NCBI RefSeq assembly: GCF_044704955.1
Contig: NC_091999.1
Span: forward strand, 65,534,001 to 65,598,000
DNA: 64,000 nucleotides
Origin: Pristiophorus japonicus
Taxonomy: Eukaryota
Direction: 5' to 3'
The notes under the pieces are model-generated. The model saw nothing but the letters and a program-made list of their open reading frames with translations. It ran no database searches and was not told the origin of the DNA. Position numbers and translations under genes: made by a program. Shown here one piece after another: positions 24,955-37,754 of this stretch (the stretch's first letter is position 1; every line of letters begins with the position of its first letter).

Positions 24955-25024
24955 CTGGGACAGCAATAGCTGCAAGGGCAGTGTAGTAAATGGCGTAGAC
25001 TCGACCTCTGGGCGGAGCGTGCAT
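24955..25024 (-). CDS. GPR139-like class A GPCR, coding exon 1 (MHAPPRGRVYAIYYTALAAIAVP + 1 nt)
   Basis: ATG at 25024-25022 in context AAAATG. 70 nt encode the start of TM1 (IYYxxLAxIxVP, typical of this family) and end at a phase-1 donor CCAG|GTAAAG. The phase matches exon 2 (G|TT = Val). Confidence 0.88.
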
Positions 25025-25091
25025 TTTCTGTGAGAAGCAGTGATGTCTGTTCGGGATACTGCATGTGCTCTGATCGACATTCAGGGGATCC

Positions 25092-25100
25092 CTTATTATA
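25092..25100 (-). promoter_or_regulatory. Candidate TATA-like box of the GPCR
   Basis: TATAATAAG on the minus strand about 70 nt upstream of the exon-1 ATG. Motif and position only. Confidence 0.3.
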
Positions 25101-25630
25101 GCTAATGTTAAACCTCCAGAGACACAATTAGACAGAATCAACATTAATGTTAGTTACAGTCATTGGACATCAACATTTATATCAGTTAGAACGGTTAAAC
25201 AAACAGATTAATCCTGTCGAATGAACTCTCAGTTTGATTCAGTCGAATGGCCAAAACTTGATGCCGCAAAGTTCTAAAGGGAAACACAGAAAAGCTACAA
25301 TGTAATCCTAACACTGGAATCACATTGCAACGTTTTAGTGTTTTTCTTTATATTTCTTTGGGAAAAATATTTAACATACTTGGTATCAGCAGGTAGAGAC
25401 TGTTGCAAGAAAAAGTGTAATCTCTTAGTAATATCGATTCAATGGTTCGAAGTTGACTCAATATTGCGAGCGGGTATGATGTTATTTAAGTATAAAGGAG
25501 AATTAATACACTCAGTATCCGAGCAGCTGTTTGCAAATTGTGATTCACAATTATATTACTCGTCATTGTCCGTTGGGTAGGAGGCGTGGCCCATTACTCA
25601 TTCCTTCTGCTCACACGTGCTTTTGCACCG

Positions 25631-25768
25631 CCCAGATCATTGGCATTCCTGTCCCATCCACACTGATAATGACCTGCCCGGATTAATCCCGTTCCTGGCC
25701 CGTATACACTGAAAATGACCTGCCTGGATCAGTGGCATTCCTGGGCGTTCTACACTGAGAATAACCCA
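25631..25768. repeat. 46-bp tandem repeat, three copies
   Basis: Units start at 25631, 25677 and 25723 (CCYRGATY..TTCCTG..ACACTGA.AAT.ACC). Confidence 0.75.
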
Positions 25769-26559
25769 AACCTGGTTGGATATACCCCCAGAAACGGAAC
25801 TACAGAAAATTCTGTACGATCGTGTATCTTCCTTTCCCCGCATTCCACACAATCTTGGACCCGGAAAGTTCTCTTTCCAGGCAAAGCCCTTGGGCCTCCG
25901 TAATCTGCTTTTCAGCCTCAGCATACGCATTTTCTGTTCCTCCTTTCTGTTTCAATGGTGATGACGCAATCTTGATTAAGATGGCGTCCAACCATACCCC
26001 ATTTTTTCAGCTTGCTTCCCGCTAATTCTAACAGAGGTTAAATAATCCTCCGTTGATAAAACTATACCACCTTAATAAAAAGTAAAATTGGCATCCTTAA
26101 TATCAAGCCTCGGTCCAGCAAAGGTTACGACTGAATATGAATAAAAGGGATTCAGAGTTGGTTATGATGCCATGGCTCACATAACTTTCACATTTCCACA
26201 GACTTGAAACTGAAAAGAGATACAGTTGTTAGAGATCTGAGCCTCCCTTGTCCTTTTCCTTCGCCTTTCTCGCAATAGCATCTGTCGTTCTTCAATGAAG
26301 AAGGCCCCTTGTGACACTCCCAGAACCTTCAGTCAGCAGAAACCCCAAGCCAGTTTGTTTTCTCTGTAAAGAATCGTTTCAGAGAAATTCTGACGGTCAT
26401 TTAGCTGTTGCAAAGCTTAAGCCTCTATATACCGTAAAAAAACAACTTTCTTAACTGTGCCTCCTATACTTTCCCAGTTAAACACTATTGGATAACGGTG
26501 TGGGGGAAAGTTTACTTCGGCAAAGGAAACTTCTGGGCATTCATCATTTTTTATTTAGT

Positions 26560-27210
26560 GTGAATCATTGACTAATCCAGTGACACAGCACAGAAGATGG
26601 CCATTCTTCCCATCGTGCCGATGAAAGATCTATCCAATAAGCTCCATTCACCTGCTCGTTTCTTGTAGTCCGGCAAATGTTCTTCCTTCAAGCATTTATC
26701 CAATTTCCTTTCGAAATTACTATTGCATCTACTTCCACCGCACTTTCAGGCAATGCATTCCAGATCATACTAACTCGCTGCACAAATTATTGTTCCACAT
26801 GCCGCCTCTGGTTCTAATGACAATTATACTTAATTTGTGTTCTCTGTTTATTGGCACTTCTGCCACTGGATACAGTTGCGTCTTGTTCACTCTACCAAAA
26901 TTGTTCATGATTTTGCACACTTCCAACAAAACTCCCTTGGACTTCTCTGCATTCAGCAAAGCAATCTCAGATACTCTAGTCTCTTCATGTAAATATGTCT
27001 TCCATCCCTGTTGCAATTGCAGTAAATCGTTTACACGCATTCTCTAAGGACTTGACATCCTTCCAAAAGTGCGGTACCCAGAATTGGCGGCAATACTACA
27101 GCCCGGCCTAAATCCAGTATTTATTTTGAAGGATTAGTGTAATTCCCTTGCTTTGGTACCCGATGCCTCTATTGAAAAAGCCAAGTGACCTGTATTAATT
27201 TTTAGTTGCC
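26560..27210 (-). mobile_element. CR1 LINE 3' fragment
   Basis: Reverse translation LLEVCKIMNNFGRV..LYPVAE..NREHKL; CR1-type 3' UTR. Confidence 0.7.
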
Positions 27211-30074
27211 ATTTTGTAATATCCTGCAGCTATAAGACCATTTCACCTGTCTATCTATTTCTGCCTGAAGTCTGTTACTATCCTGACACATAAATAAAAT
27301 CAGTGTTCTAGTTACAATTTCATTTGGTGGATTCACAATAATTCAGAACAAAAATAAAACGACCGACAAACTAACAATGTAAGGGTGTCGTAGTTGTTAG
27401 CGCATGGTAGGATATCCCGTCTAGCCTACCTTTGGGCATGTAGCAAAGAGGATGTTCTTGCACGAAGATTTTCATCGCCATGGGAAAAAAGAGGCTGTGC
27501 AAATAGAATCAGTCATCAAGAAAAGGGGTGCACTTGTTAAGTTAGCAACTTATCGCAGTAACTGATACATTTGGAAGAATGCTAACCAATCAAAACTACG
27601 GAGGCACACAAAGTCATCAGAGGCCTGTACATAAATACAGATTGTCCTATGCACCTCTGAGTGGAACACATTATATACAAACAAAAGAAAAGATGAAAGA
27701 GCCGCAGTATATGAGAAATCTGAAATCAGTTCACACAGAGTCAGCATGAGAGCTGTATTAATAACTAGGAGATAAGAACAAAGTCACCGAAGTGCAGCCC
27801 AAGGTAGCCGAATACTAAAACTGTGGAGCCTGTTGCCTTCAACAGTTGTAGCACTCGGGTCAGTCTGAAGTCCAGTGCATTTACTGTAGCCCATAAAGGT
27901 GAAGTCTGATCATCTTGAAATCTGCGGGGTAAACACGTTGGATTAATAACTTGTCAAATAATATAATGTTGTAGAATTATTGTATGATAGCAATACTGCT
28001 ATTGTTTAATTGATATTAAAGCTTGATGTTTAACACCACTCGGGCCTGAATCACACGGTTGTTATTGATGCAAGGTTCACAACTCTAACATAAGTAGTGG
28101 AGGAATTCCCTAACAATAAACAATAATTCCATGAAATCCTCATTACTTGTGATTGTATTTTAACTTTTATACAATTCTTTAATGCAGAATTGTGTGGATG
28201 GTGACGAAGATCTGGATGAGATAACAACTAGCTCGTTGTAATGAGCATTTGGATTAGTGAAACTTGAGATACTAAGCTCAGACCTGCAACACGTTGGACT
28301 CCACAGACAACCATTATCTGGTGTGATTGCAAGTGCTGCCTGTTGCGTGTATGTTTAAATACTATTCCGTGCATTGTATGTTTAATGGACACAATGCACA
28401 CAATGTTCAATGCTCAGGATATTGATTTGTTTTGGGAGTAAATTCTAAATAAGATCCCTATCTGTAGCAAATGATCAGTTAATGGATATCAGTCGTCCAG
28501 GTAGTGTTTGAAATCGCCAAAACCTCCCTGGTCATTTGGCAGGAAAAATCTTGAAAGATCTATCTCCCGGTCTTTATCATGGACCCACCTGTTGGAAAGT
28601 TTATTATATGAGCATCGGATGGAGCCAGGACAAATCTCAGCTCAGATTCCGCGCTTTATTGATGGAACAGTCTGTCCACTCTGAAAACCAAGCATACAAA
28701 TAGTATAACTGGCGTTCAATCCGATACCGCCGATTTGCGCCACAGCCTGAGACGAATTTGTATGCCTCTATATGCAGAGCCATACATGGTGTGGTACGGG
28801 TGATAGGAGGAGCCGGGAATTCCCTCGTTGCTCATGGAACCGGGCCTAGCACGAGACATCGCCAACAGGAGAAAAAAGGAGAAAAAACCCGCATTCACAG
28901 AGCGTGAGTGTGTGATTCTCAATCGCAATAGGTCATGTATAATTTGGATGTGACAATATGTGGTGGGCGGCCTTCTATCAATTCACCAAATACATCCCGA
29001 AAAGTCTCAATCGCCTCACGGATTTCGTTACATGCAATATCATGGTTGCAACGGCTTTCTACCCTTCCTTCGACCTCCAGCTACCGTCTCCTGCCCATTT
29101 TCCCCACTCTTACCAAATTCATACTGCGACCCCGTATATTTCTCTCATGTCTCCTCCGCATTGATTTCTTTCATCAGACTCACCTTCAGCTCCTTAGCTC
29201 CCAGGGCACTGAATTTCAGACATGTCAAATCCACTCCCCTTTCCTCGGGATGGGTTATATTGTCAATGCAGCTCTTTACGTAGGCAGCAACCTGACGCCT
29301 TCAAACACGTTGACCCCATCCTCTCCTTAAAGCAAAAAACTTCACGGCACAATCATTTCCAGCAACCTTCCTGTTGAATCCCTCCAGTCCAGCGTTCCTC
29401 CTTTGTCAGAGCTCCAGATAATTTTACAATAATGTTGTCCGATCGGTTTCGCTGAAATGATGTGTCACCTGACATAGATTGTTCACTCAAGTGTCTCCAT
29501 AACTCGGGTGTAGCCCTTTGCAATTGTTCACCTTGTGAGGAGTGGGATGGTGACGTGTGGTGTGCAGAATGACTTTCTCATAAATGCAAAATCACATTAT
29601 CTTTTAATTTTTGCTACGGTCATGATTTTGCCAAGGTAATTTTTCAAAACAGTTAAAAAAACTGAAATTAATTTTCTCGATGCTTCTTCAGCTCGTGCTC
29701 TGTAATTTTAGTGGAAGCAACCCAGAAACCTCGGGAAAATGGTGTAAAGGAGCAATGAAATCATTGAGTTTCAGTCTTGCCACAGTGGTAATAATCTCAC
29801 CTCTGAGTTCCCACTTCAGCGATTGAACACATAATCCAGGCAGACACTCCAGTACAGTACTGATGGAATGCTGCACTGACGGATGTTACGTCTGCAACAA
29901 AAATCTTAAGTTAAGACCCCATCTTCTCTCTCAGGTGGATGTAAAAGATCCAATGGCAGTTCTGCTGGTGTTCCATTTATCCCTAAAACGACATTAGCAA
30001 ACGAATAAATTTACAAAATTCTTGATTCAACGAGTTCCACAATTTCAATACTTTCATTTTTTTCGGACAGCAGC

Positions 30075-30430
30075 TACAGGTAATAATTCTCCTGTTGCCA
30101 TTTACTGCTCCTCTGGATCAACTTTAACCCTTTGCTTGCTCTATCCTCTTTTGCCTTGCACCATCATCACTTGAGCCATTTAAATTCTCCTGCCTTCAAC
30201 CCTATGACAGACCTTCACTTTTGTTCTTTCCTCCAGTCCTCCTTTCCTTAAGTTTAAACTTCCATAAGATAGCTTTCAACTCTAACCTTTTCCAGTTATG
30301 ACAAATGGTCACCGACGTGAAACGTTAGCTCTGTTTCTGTCTCTGCAAATGCTGCCTGAACTATTGAGTGTTTCCAGCATTTTCTGTTTCAGATTTCAGA
30401 TTTCCAGAATCCGCTGCATTCTGCCTTTGT
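30075..30430 (+). mobile_element. Penelope-like terminal-repeat relic (copies also at ~35985-36200 (-), 59845-59930 (+), 61545-61675 (+))
   Basis: Recurrent GAAACGTTAACTCTGTTTCT..GATGCTGCCTGA..TTCCAGCATTTTCTGTTT motif preceded by CTGAYGA-like sequence. Confidence 0.55.
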
Positions 30431-31089
30431 ATCACTTATTGCAGAATCACTGATCATTGATATTGATGGACCTTGCTGCCTGCAAATTGGCTGTCCTGTT
30501 TTCCAACATGTCTAGAGACTTTTTCAACATTATTTATTATATGGAGGGGCAAAGCAAAGCTTTAATAAATATATGCACTTTAAAAGATTCAATAAAGCTT
30601 GATGTGATTAACTATTGTCACCTGCAGTGAAGATCCAATATGGCGACTATGCAGAGCAGCGAGGAGGAATGTCAACTTCACCCTCGTGCTCACTGCTGCT
30701 CTATAGCGGCACCCAGTGACCGGCTGAGTATTTACATGTAGATCTCAAAACTGTTTGTAAGCTTCTGGGCTTCTCGGATTCTCGCATTCATAGAAAATCT
30801 GATCGAGAATATCAAAAGTGAAGAGTCAAAAGGTTTGAATGCCTTTAGTGGTGGGAAATCTATCCTTATTGTTGACATAGGATCTCTAATTGGAAAGTTA
30901 TTAGCACAACCCGTTTTTAAAGATAAATGGAACAGTTTTACAGAATATAAACGCATCCACGTTTGCACAATATAAATAGAACACAATTTGCTCATTAGCA
31001 GTCGACCAGTTTTATCCAATACAGGTAAATTTCTTTGGGATGTGCTTCACTTGGACTGTGTTGGAACTAGTGTCCTGGAGAATCGAATA

Positions 31090-34085
31090 ACTAGGGCTGT
31101 AGAGACGGTTGTTTGGATGTAGTGGGGCGGGGGGGGGGCGGTTAAAAACTCAAGGAGAAAGGAGAAGATGGAGGAAATGATAACAAGAGTGTGACAGGAA
31201 GGGACAGAATGTATAATGATAAGAGTGTATCAGAAAGCGGAGTCAAAGCAGGGCAAATATTTTAAAACGTCAAAATTAAAAGTTCTGAATGCACGCAGCA
31301 TTCACAACAAGATGGATAAGTTAACTGCAAAAATGTATATAAATCGGTATGATGTGATAGACATTACAGAGACGTGGTTGCAAAGTGATCAATGCTGAAA
31401 TTTGAATATTCAGGGTTATTTGACATTTCGAAACAACAGGCAGAAAGGGAATAAAGGATGAGGTCAGTGCGTTAGTGAGAAATGATATTGGCTCAGAAGA
31501 TCAAAATGTATAATCAGTTTGCGTGGAGATAAGAAATAAAAGTGGAAGAAGTCAGTGGTAGGTATAGTCTCCAGGACGAGAATAAATCAAGAATAACAGA
31601 GGCTTGTAAACAAGGTATAGCAATAAAGATGCGTGATTTTAAGCTTCATATTTATTGGAGAAATCAAATTGCCCAAGGTTGCCTTGAGGAAGCATTCATA
31701 GAGTGTATCCGCGATGGGCCCCTTAAACAGTGCGTTGTGGAACCAATCAGGGAGCAGTCTATCTTACAGCTGGCACAGTGTAATGAGACAGGATTAATAC
31801 ATTATCTCATAATAAAGGATCCTCAAGGAACGAGTGATCATAGCATGGTTGAAATTCAAATTCAGTTGGAGGGTAAGAAATGTGGGTCTCAAATCAGTTT
31901 CCTAATCTTAAGTAAAGGTGATCAGAAAGGTATGAAGGCAGAGTTGGCTAATGTGGAACATAGAAACAAATTAAAGCATAAGAGAGTTGATAAGCAGCAG
32001 CAGACATTTAAGGAGATATTTCATAAATGTCAACAAAAATGAAGGAACGACTTTAAGAGAAGTGAGAACCATTGATGGCTAACTTGAACAAGTAAAATAT
32101 CGTATAAATAGACGCAAATGGTTTACAATGTTGCCAAGATTGAAGGGATGCCAAAGGATTGTAACATTTATAAAATCAGCAAAGGACGACGAAACATACA
32201 ATTTAGAGAGAGAAGGTGGATTTAGAGATTAAACTCGCAAGAAATGTAAAAACAGATATTAAAATCTTCTAAAAGAAAATAAAATGAAGAGAATAGCTAA
32301 AGTAAACATTGGTCCCTTAGAGGATGATACATTGCATTAATAATGGGGAACAGGGAATTGGCAGAGGCTTTGAACACAGATTTTGTCTCGGTCTTCTCGG
32401 TCGATTGCACTAAAAACATCCCAGTAATCGATAATCAAGGGTCGATGGCGAGGGGGATCTTCAAACAATTACTATCACTAAAAGAAAAGAAATCGGTAAC
32501 ATAATGCGACTAAATGTGAACAAGTTCCCTGGACTTGATCGCTTGCATCCTCGGGTCTTAAAATACATGGCATCAGAGAGAGTGGATGCACTGGTAGCAA
32601 ACTACCAAAATTTCCTGGATTCTGGAAATGTCCAAGCGGATTGGAAAACCACAAATATAACGCCCCTATTTAAAAAAGGAGGGAGACATAAAGGAAAAAA
32701 CTATAGGCAAATAAGCCTAACATCTATAGTTGGTAAAATGCTGTGATGCATTATTAAGGAACAGCAGCAGGACATTTGGAAAAGCATTATATATTAAACA
32801 GAGTCAGCATTATTTTTTGAAAGAGAAATCACGTTTGACAAATGTTCTGGAGTTCTTGCAGGATGTAACGAGCAGGGTGGATAAGTGGGAAGTGGATATG
32901 ATGCATTTTTATTTCGAAAATGCATTCAATACGATGCCACATAAAATGTTACTGCAGAAGGTAACAGCTCACTGGCTAGTGGGTAATACATTAGCATCGA
33001 AAGAGGATTGGCTACCGAACAGAAAACAGAGAGTCGGGATGAATATGTAATTTTGTTATCGGCATACGGTGCCACAGGTTTGGGTGCTGGGGCCTCAACT
33101 ATTTACAATCTATATTAATTACTTGGATGAAGCGACCGAGTGTAATTTAGCAATATTTTCTGACGATACAATGATGGGTAGGGAAGGCAGTTGTGAGGAG
33201 GACTAAATTAATCTACAAAGGGATATAGACAGGCTGAATGAGTTAGCAGACATTTGACAGATGGAGTATAATGTGGGAAATTGTGAGCTTTATCACTTTG
33301 GCAGGAAAATTAAAATAGCAAATTATTATTTAAATGGAGAAACATTAAAAAATCCTGCCATACTTAGGGACTTTGTTATTGGTGTTCATGAATCATAAAA
33401 AGGTAGTATGCAGGTACCGCAAGCAATCAAGATGGCAAATAGAATGTTGGCCTTCATTGCAAAGGGGATGGTGTATAAAAACAGGAAAGTCCTAAAACAA
33501 CTGTATTTATGAGACGACACGTAGAGTATTGCTTGCTGTTTTGGTCTCCATATTTAAGGAGGGATATATTTGCATTGGAGTTAGTTCAGAGAACGTACAT
33601 TAGGTTGATTCCTGAGATGAAGGGGTGGACTTATGAAGAAATGTGGAGCAGGTTGAGCCTATACTCATTGAAGTTTAGAACAATGGGAGGTGATGTTACT
33701 GAAACATATAAGATTCAGAGGCGGCTCGACAAAATAGATGCAGAGAGGATATTTCCACTCACGAGGAAACCGGAAACGAGGGGGCGTTGTTTATGAATAA
33801 CGGGCAAACACATTTAGAACTGAGATGAGGAATTTCTTCTCTCAGGTTGTCGTAAATATGTGGAATTCTCTTCTACAGAGAGGTGTAGATGCTGGGTCAT
33901 TGCAGTTATTTAATGTGAAGATAGACAGATTTGTGAACGATAACGGAGTAAAGGTTGATCGGGACCAGGCAGAGAACTGGAGCTAAGCCTACGTTCAGAT
34001 CAGCCATGATCTTATTGAATGGCGGGGCAGGTTCGATGGGCCTAATTTCCTTCCCCTGGTCCTATGTCGTATGTTCTTATGTATT
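31090..34085 (+). mobile_element. CR1 LINE ORF2 (APE+RT), degenerate
   Basis: LNARSIHNK..ITETWL; SDHSMV; NYRQISLTSIVGKML; RRHVEYCLLFWSP; 3' UTR and tail. Confidence 0.9.
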
Positions 34086-35217
34086 TGGGACAATGGAATC
34101 GGGCAGTTCTGAGAATGGTCTGGATATATTTCCAGGTGCCATACCTGGGTCTGGAGCATTTGGCGAAGGGTTTTCGGAAACCTTGAAACATTGGAGTGCA
34201 AAATTCTAGGAGCAATGACTCGCTAACGATCTGGGAAGGCTGGAATTTAAGTCCATTGAGCTGGGAACACATTCGAAAGCATTCTCAAGATTTGGGAGCA
34301 GTTGATGTATTACTGGGATCCAGGAACACTTGATACCGTGGAATTACTGCGCTCTGTGGACATATCTGGAATGGAGGACTGGGCGACTGAAATCTGACTC
34401 GGGAGATTTTGAGGTCCATCGTTGTTCTGATGGTAATTTTATCATTAAGGTTTTGTGGGATTTTTCTGTTTGGGGAGCAGAGTCTAACCTTCTTTGGGGG
34501 AGGTGACCTCCTCTCATGATCTCAATCCAACTTTCTCCATCATCAACCAATTCCTAACCTTAGTTAATGCTGATAAGCATTTAAATATAAAGGCTCAATT
34601 TGTTAAATTGATCGGCAGCAAATTATGGGCTTGCTCCCTATTATTATGATATATAAACGTGGCAACCAGCACATTGTTCGAGTTTACAGTTTTATCAAAC
34701 GCGGTTTTCCGTTCCACAGAAAAGGGCAGTATCACCCTGGGAATTGGCAACTCAGAGTTCCTGCCGACACCGTGCACTGGCATATATTCCAAAGGCCCTT
34801 CTGCTGTGCGGTGACGATCTTGGCTGAATCAATCGGTGGACTCTTTTATTTGAAAAAATGAAAAATGTTATAGACCATCTCCACATCCGCCTACCCCACA
34901 CCTGCACGACGGGATATCTACCCCCTAAGAAATAAAAATATCGACAAATAAACAAACACTTGAAGTACTCAAAGCCCGTGATGTATGCAATATTCAAGTT
35001 TGGCATTAAAATCGGTGTTTCAGAACCCAGTCAGCAGTCTCTTGTTAACTGAATATATACAAACAATTGCAATGATTGAATGAAAAATCTCAACAAACAA
35101 TGTATATTATAATCCAAACATTACCAAAGACCATGGCCCATTCTTCCCATTCTCGCTGTGGTATCTCAATTGATGAACATTTTCCTTTTCACTCCCGGGT
35201 CGGATAATAATATAAAT

Positions 35218-35680
35218 TGATTCCAGTGATGAGGGGGTTCACGTATGAGGAAAGGTTGAGTAGGTAGGGCCTCTACTCATCGAAATTCAGGAGAATGAGT
35301 GTTGATCTTATCGAAATGTATAAGATTATGAGGGGGCTTGACAAGGTGAATGCAGAAATATGTTCCCACTGAGAGGGGAGACGAGAACTTGGTGGCATAA
35401 TCTTAGAACAAGTGGCCGACCATTTAACACTGAGGAGAGGAGGAAATTGTTCTCTCAGAGTTGTAAATCTGTGTAATTCGCTGCCTCAGAGAGCTGTGGA
35501 AGCTGGGACATTGAATAAATTTAAGAAAGAGATAGACAGTTGTTCAAGCAATCAGGGAATAAGGGCTTATGGAGAGCGAGTAGGGATGTAGAACTGATTC
35601 TATGACCGGATCAGCCATGAACATAGTAAATGGTGGAATAGGCTCGAGGGACCATATGGCCTACTCCTGCTCCTATTCTT
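35218..35680 (+). mobile_element. CR1 3' fragment
   Basis: Homologous to the 3' ends at 23150-23600 and 33600-34080. Confidence 0.8.
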
Positions 35681-36284
35681 TCATACAGAATTTTAATATA
35701 TTTATATCAATTCCTCTAAAACCGCGCAACATTTTTCTGGATTTTTCATAATATTTCGGAAAAAGCAAAGCTGTACACAAATCCTCCGGTCCAGTAGCGA
35801 AATCCCAAGCAAACTAATATTGAATAAATTAGCGACTCAAAAAGATGAAGATAAGTAAAATAGCAGCAATACATAAAATAGTGGTACAGTGGGTTGGCAA
35901 ATCGCAGGAACAGATTATTTCCATCATAGGGTTTTAAAGGAAGTGGTGAGCACATTGCAGATATCCGACGTTTACTTTTACAGAAGCAAAATACGGCAGA
36001 TGCATGAAATCGGAAATCGGAAATAAAAAGAGAAAATGCTGGAAACACTTCGGCGATCATGAGCTTATCATAACCGAGTTAACGATTCAGGTTGGTGGCC
36101 ATTCGTCAGAACTGGAAACAATTAGAGAAATCAAATGTTAAGCAAGCGCAGCGGCAGTGAAATAAGGTTGCGGCGGAAAGAACAAAAGGGCAAGTTTGTG
36201 ATAGCGGTGGAAGCAGGAAAGATTATGTGACAATGTACTCCTGCATTCCACCCTATCACAGGCATTCTGTAATTATTGTGACAG

Positions 36285-37070
36285 GACACCTTGGAAATTT
36301 CCAATGATCAGAGCGAGCCAGCATGGATTTGTGAAAGGTACGTCATGCCTGACAAGCTTGTTGAGTTTTTTGAGGAGCTTACTTAATTCGTAGACAGGGA
36401 AATGTTTATGCCTATTCTTAATATGGACATCCAGAAAGCATTTGAGACAAGCATAACATTATATTAACTAAAGTAGAAGCCCATTAAATTTAAGGCAGAT
36501 TAATAACCTGGTTAGGATATTGGCTGAGCGGCAGAAGGCAGAGAGTGTAGATAATGGCTAGGTATTCAATTTGGCAGGGGTGAATAGTGGTGTCCAACAG
36601 GGATCTATGTTGGGGACTCAACTATTCAGAGTATTTATTAATTAATTAGATGAAGGCATAGAAAGTAATATGTAGAAACTTGCTGATGACACAAAGATAG
36701 GCGATATTATATGCAATGTAGATGACAGGATAACATTGCAAAAGGATATCGATAGTTTAAGTGAAATGTCAAAACTCTACCAAATGGATTTCAATGTAGG
36801 CAAATTTGATTTAATCAGTTTTGCATCTAAAATGATAGAACATGATACATTCCAAATTTTGAAAAGCTAAATGCAGTGGAGATCAAAAGAGACTTAGGGT
36901 CCAGGTGCATAGTCCATTAAAAAGTCATGAACAGGTAGATGCAAAAATCAAAAAGGTTAATCAAATATTTGGCCTTTATCTCTAGAGGACTAGAACAAAA
37001 TAGCTTAGAAGTTATCCTGCAACTGTACAACACCCTGGTTATACCAGACCTGGATTCCTGTGAGTAATTC
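36285..37070 (+). mobile_element. CR1 RT fragment (old)
   Basis: QHGFVKGTSCLT, SGVQQGSMLG, LADDTK remnants. Confidence 0.75.
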
Positions 37071-37191
37071 ATAAGAACATAAGAAATAGGAGCAGCAACA
37101 GACCATTTCGCCCCTCGCGCCTGCTCCACCATTCAATAAGATCATTTAAGATCTGATCATGGACTCAGCTCCACTTATCTGGCGATCCCTA

Positions 37192-37730
37192 TGTTTTGGA
37201 TCTATAAAAATAGATCCAGATTCGGGATCTGGGCGAATGATAAATAAGAGACAAGACAAATGAAGTAAAGAATAATATACCGTTTACTGAGAGAAAAGAA
37301 ACATTAATAATACAGTTTACGATAAAAAGAGAAGTATGATAAGATGCAACAACGCTCACGGCCTTCCGCCCGTCTGAAGCTCCACAAACGACGGCTGGTC
37401 TGGAGCAAATAGCGGTCCCAGCACCGCTCGCGAATCACTGTGCAAGGCGAAGTTCAAAGAGCTACGGGACAGTGCCGTACCTTTATGCTATCAAATAAAC
37501 ATACTATAGAACAAAACATGGGTGCATGTGGCTTATGGCCAACTCCTAATCTGTAAAGCCCCAGGTGCTTGTCCACAATGCATGAGACCTCGAGCCGCGG
37601 ACAGTCTCAAGCTGGTGTGCGTCTCAAGGTCACTTTCTCTCTCTTTCTATCCATGAAGCATGGAGCAGAAATGCACTGTGAATGACTAAATATCATAATT
37701 ATTCCTATGTGATTAACCCCATATAATACA
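37192..37730 (-). repeat. ERV 3' LTR
   Basis: Direct repeat of 41297-41846, preceded on the minus strand by a polypurine tract at 37740-37731. Confidence 0.92.
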
Positions 37731-37754
37731 ATCCACCCTTGATGTGTAGACATT

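Noticed and set aside
27770-28340. Two acceptor-like sites on the minus strand followed by short frames
   Set aside because: No recognisable domain or consistent exon chain.
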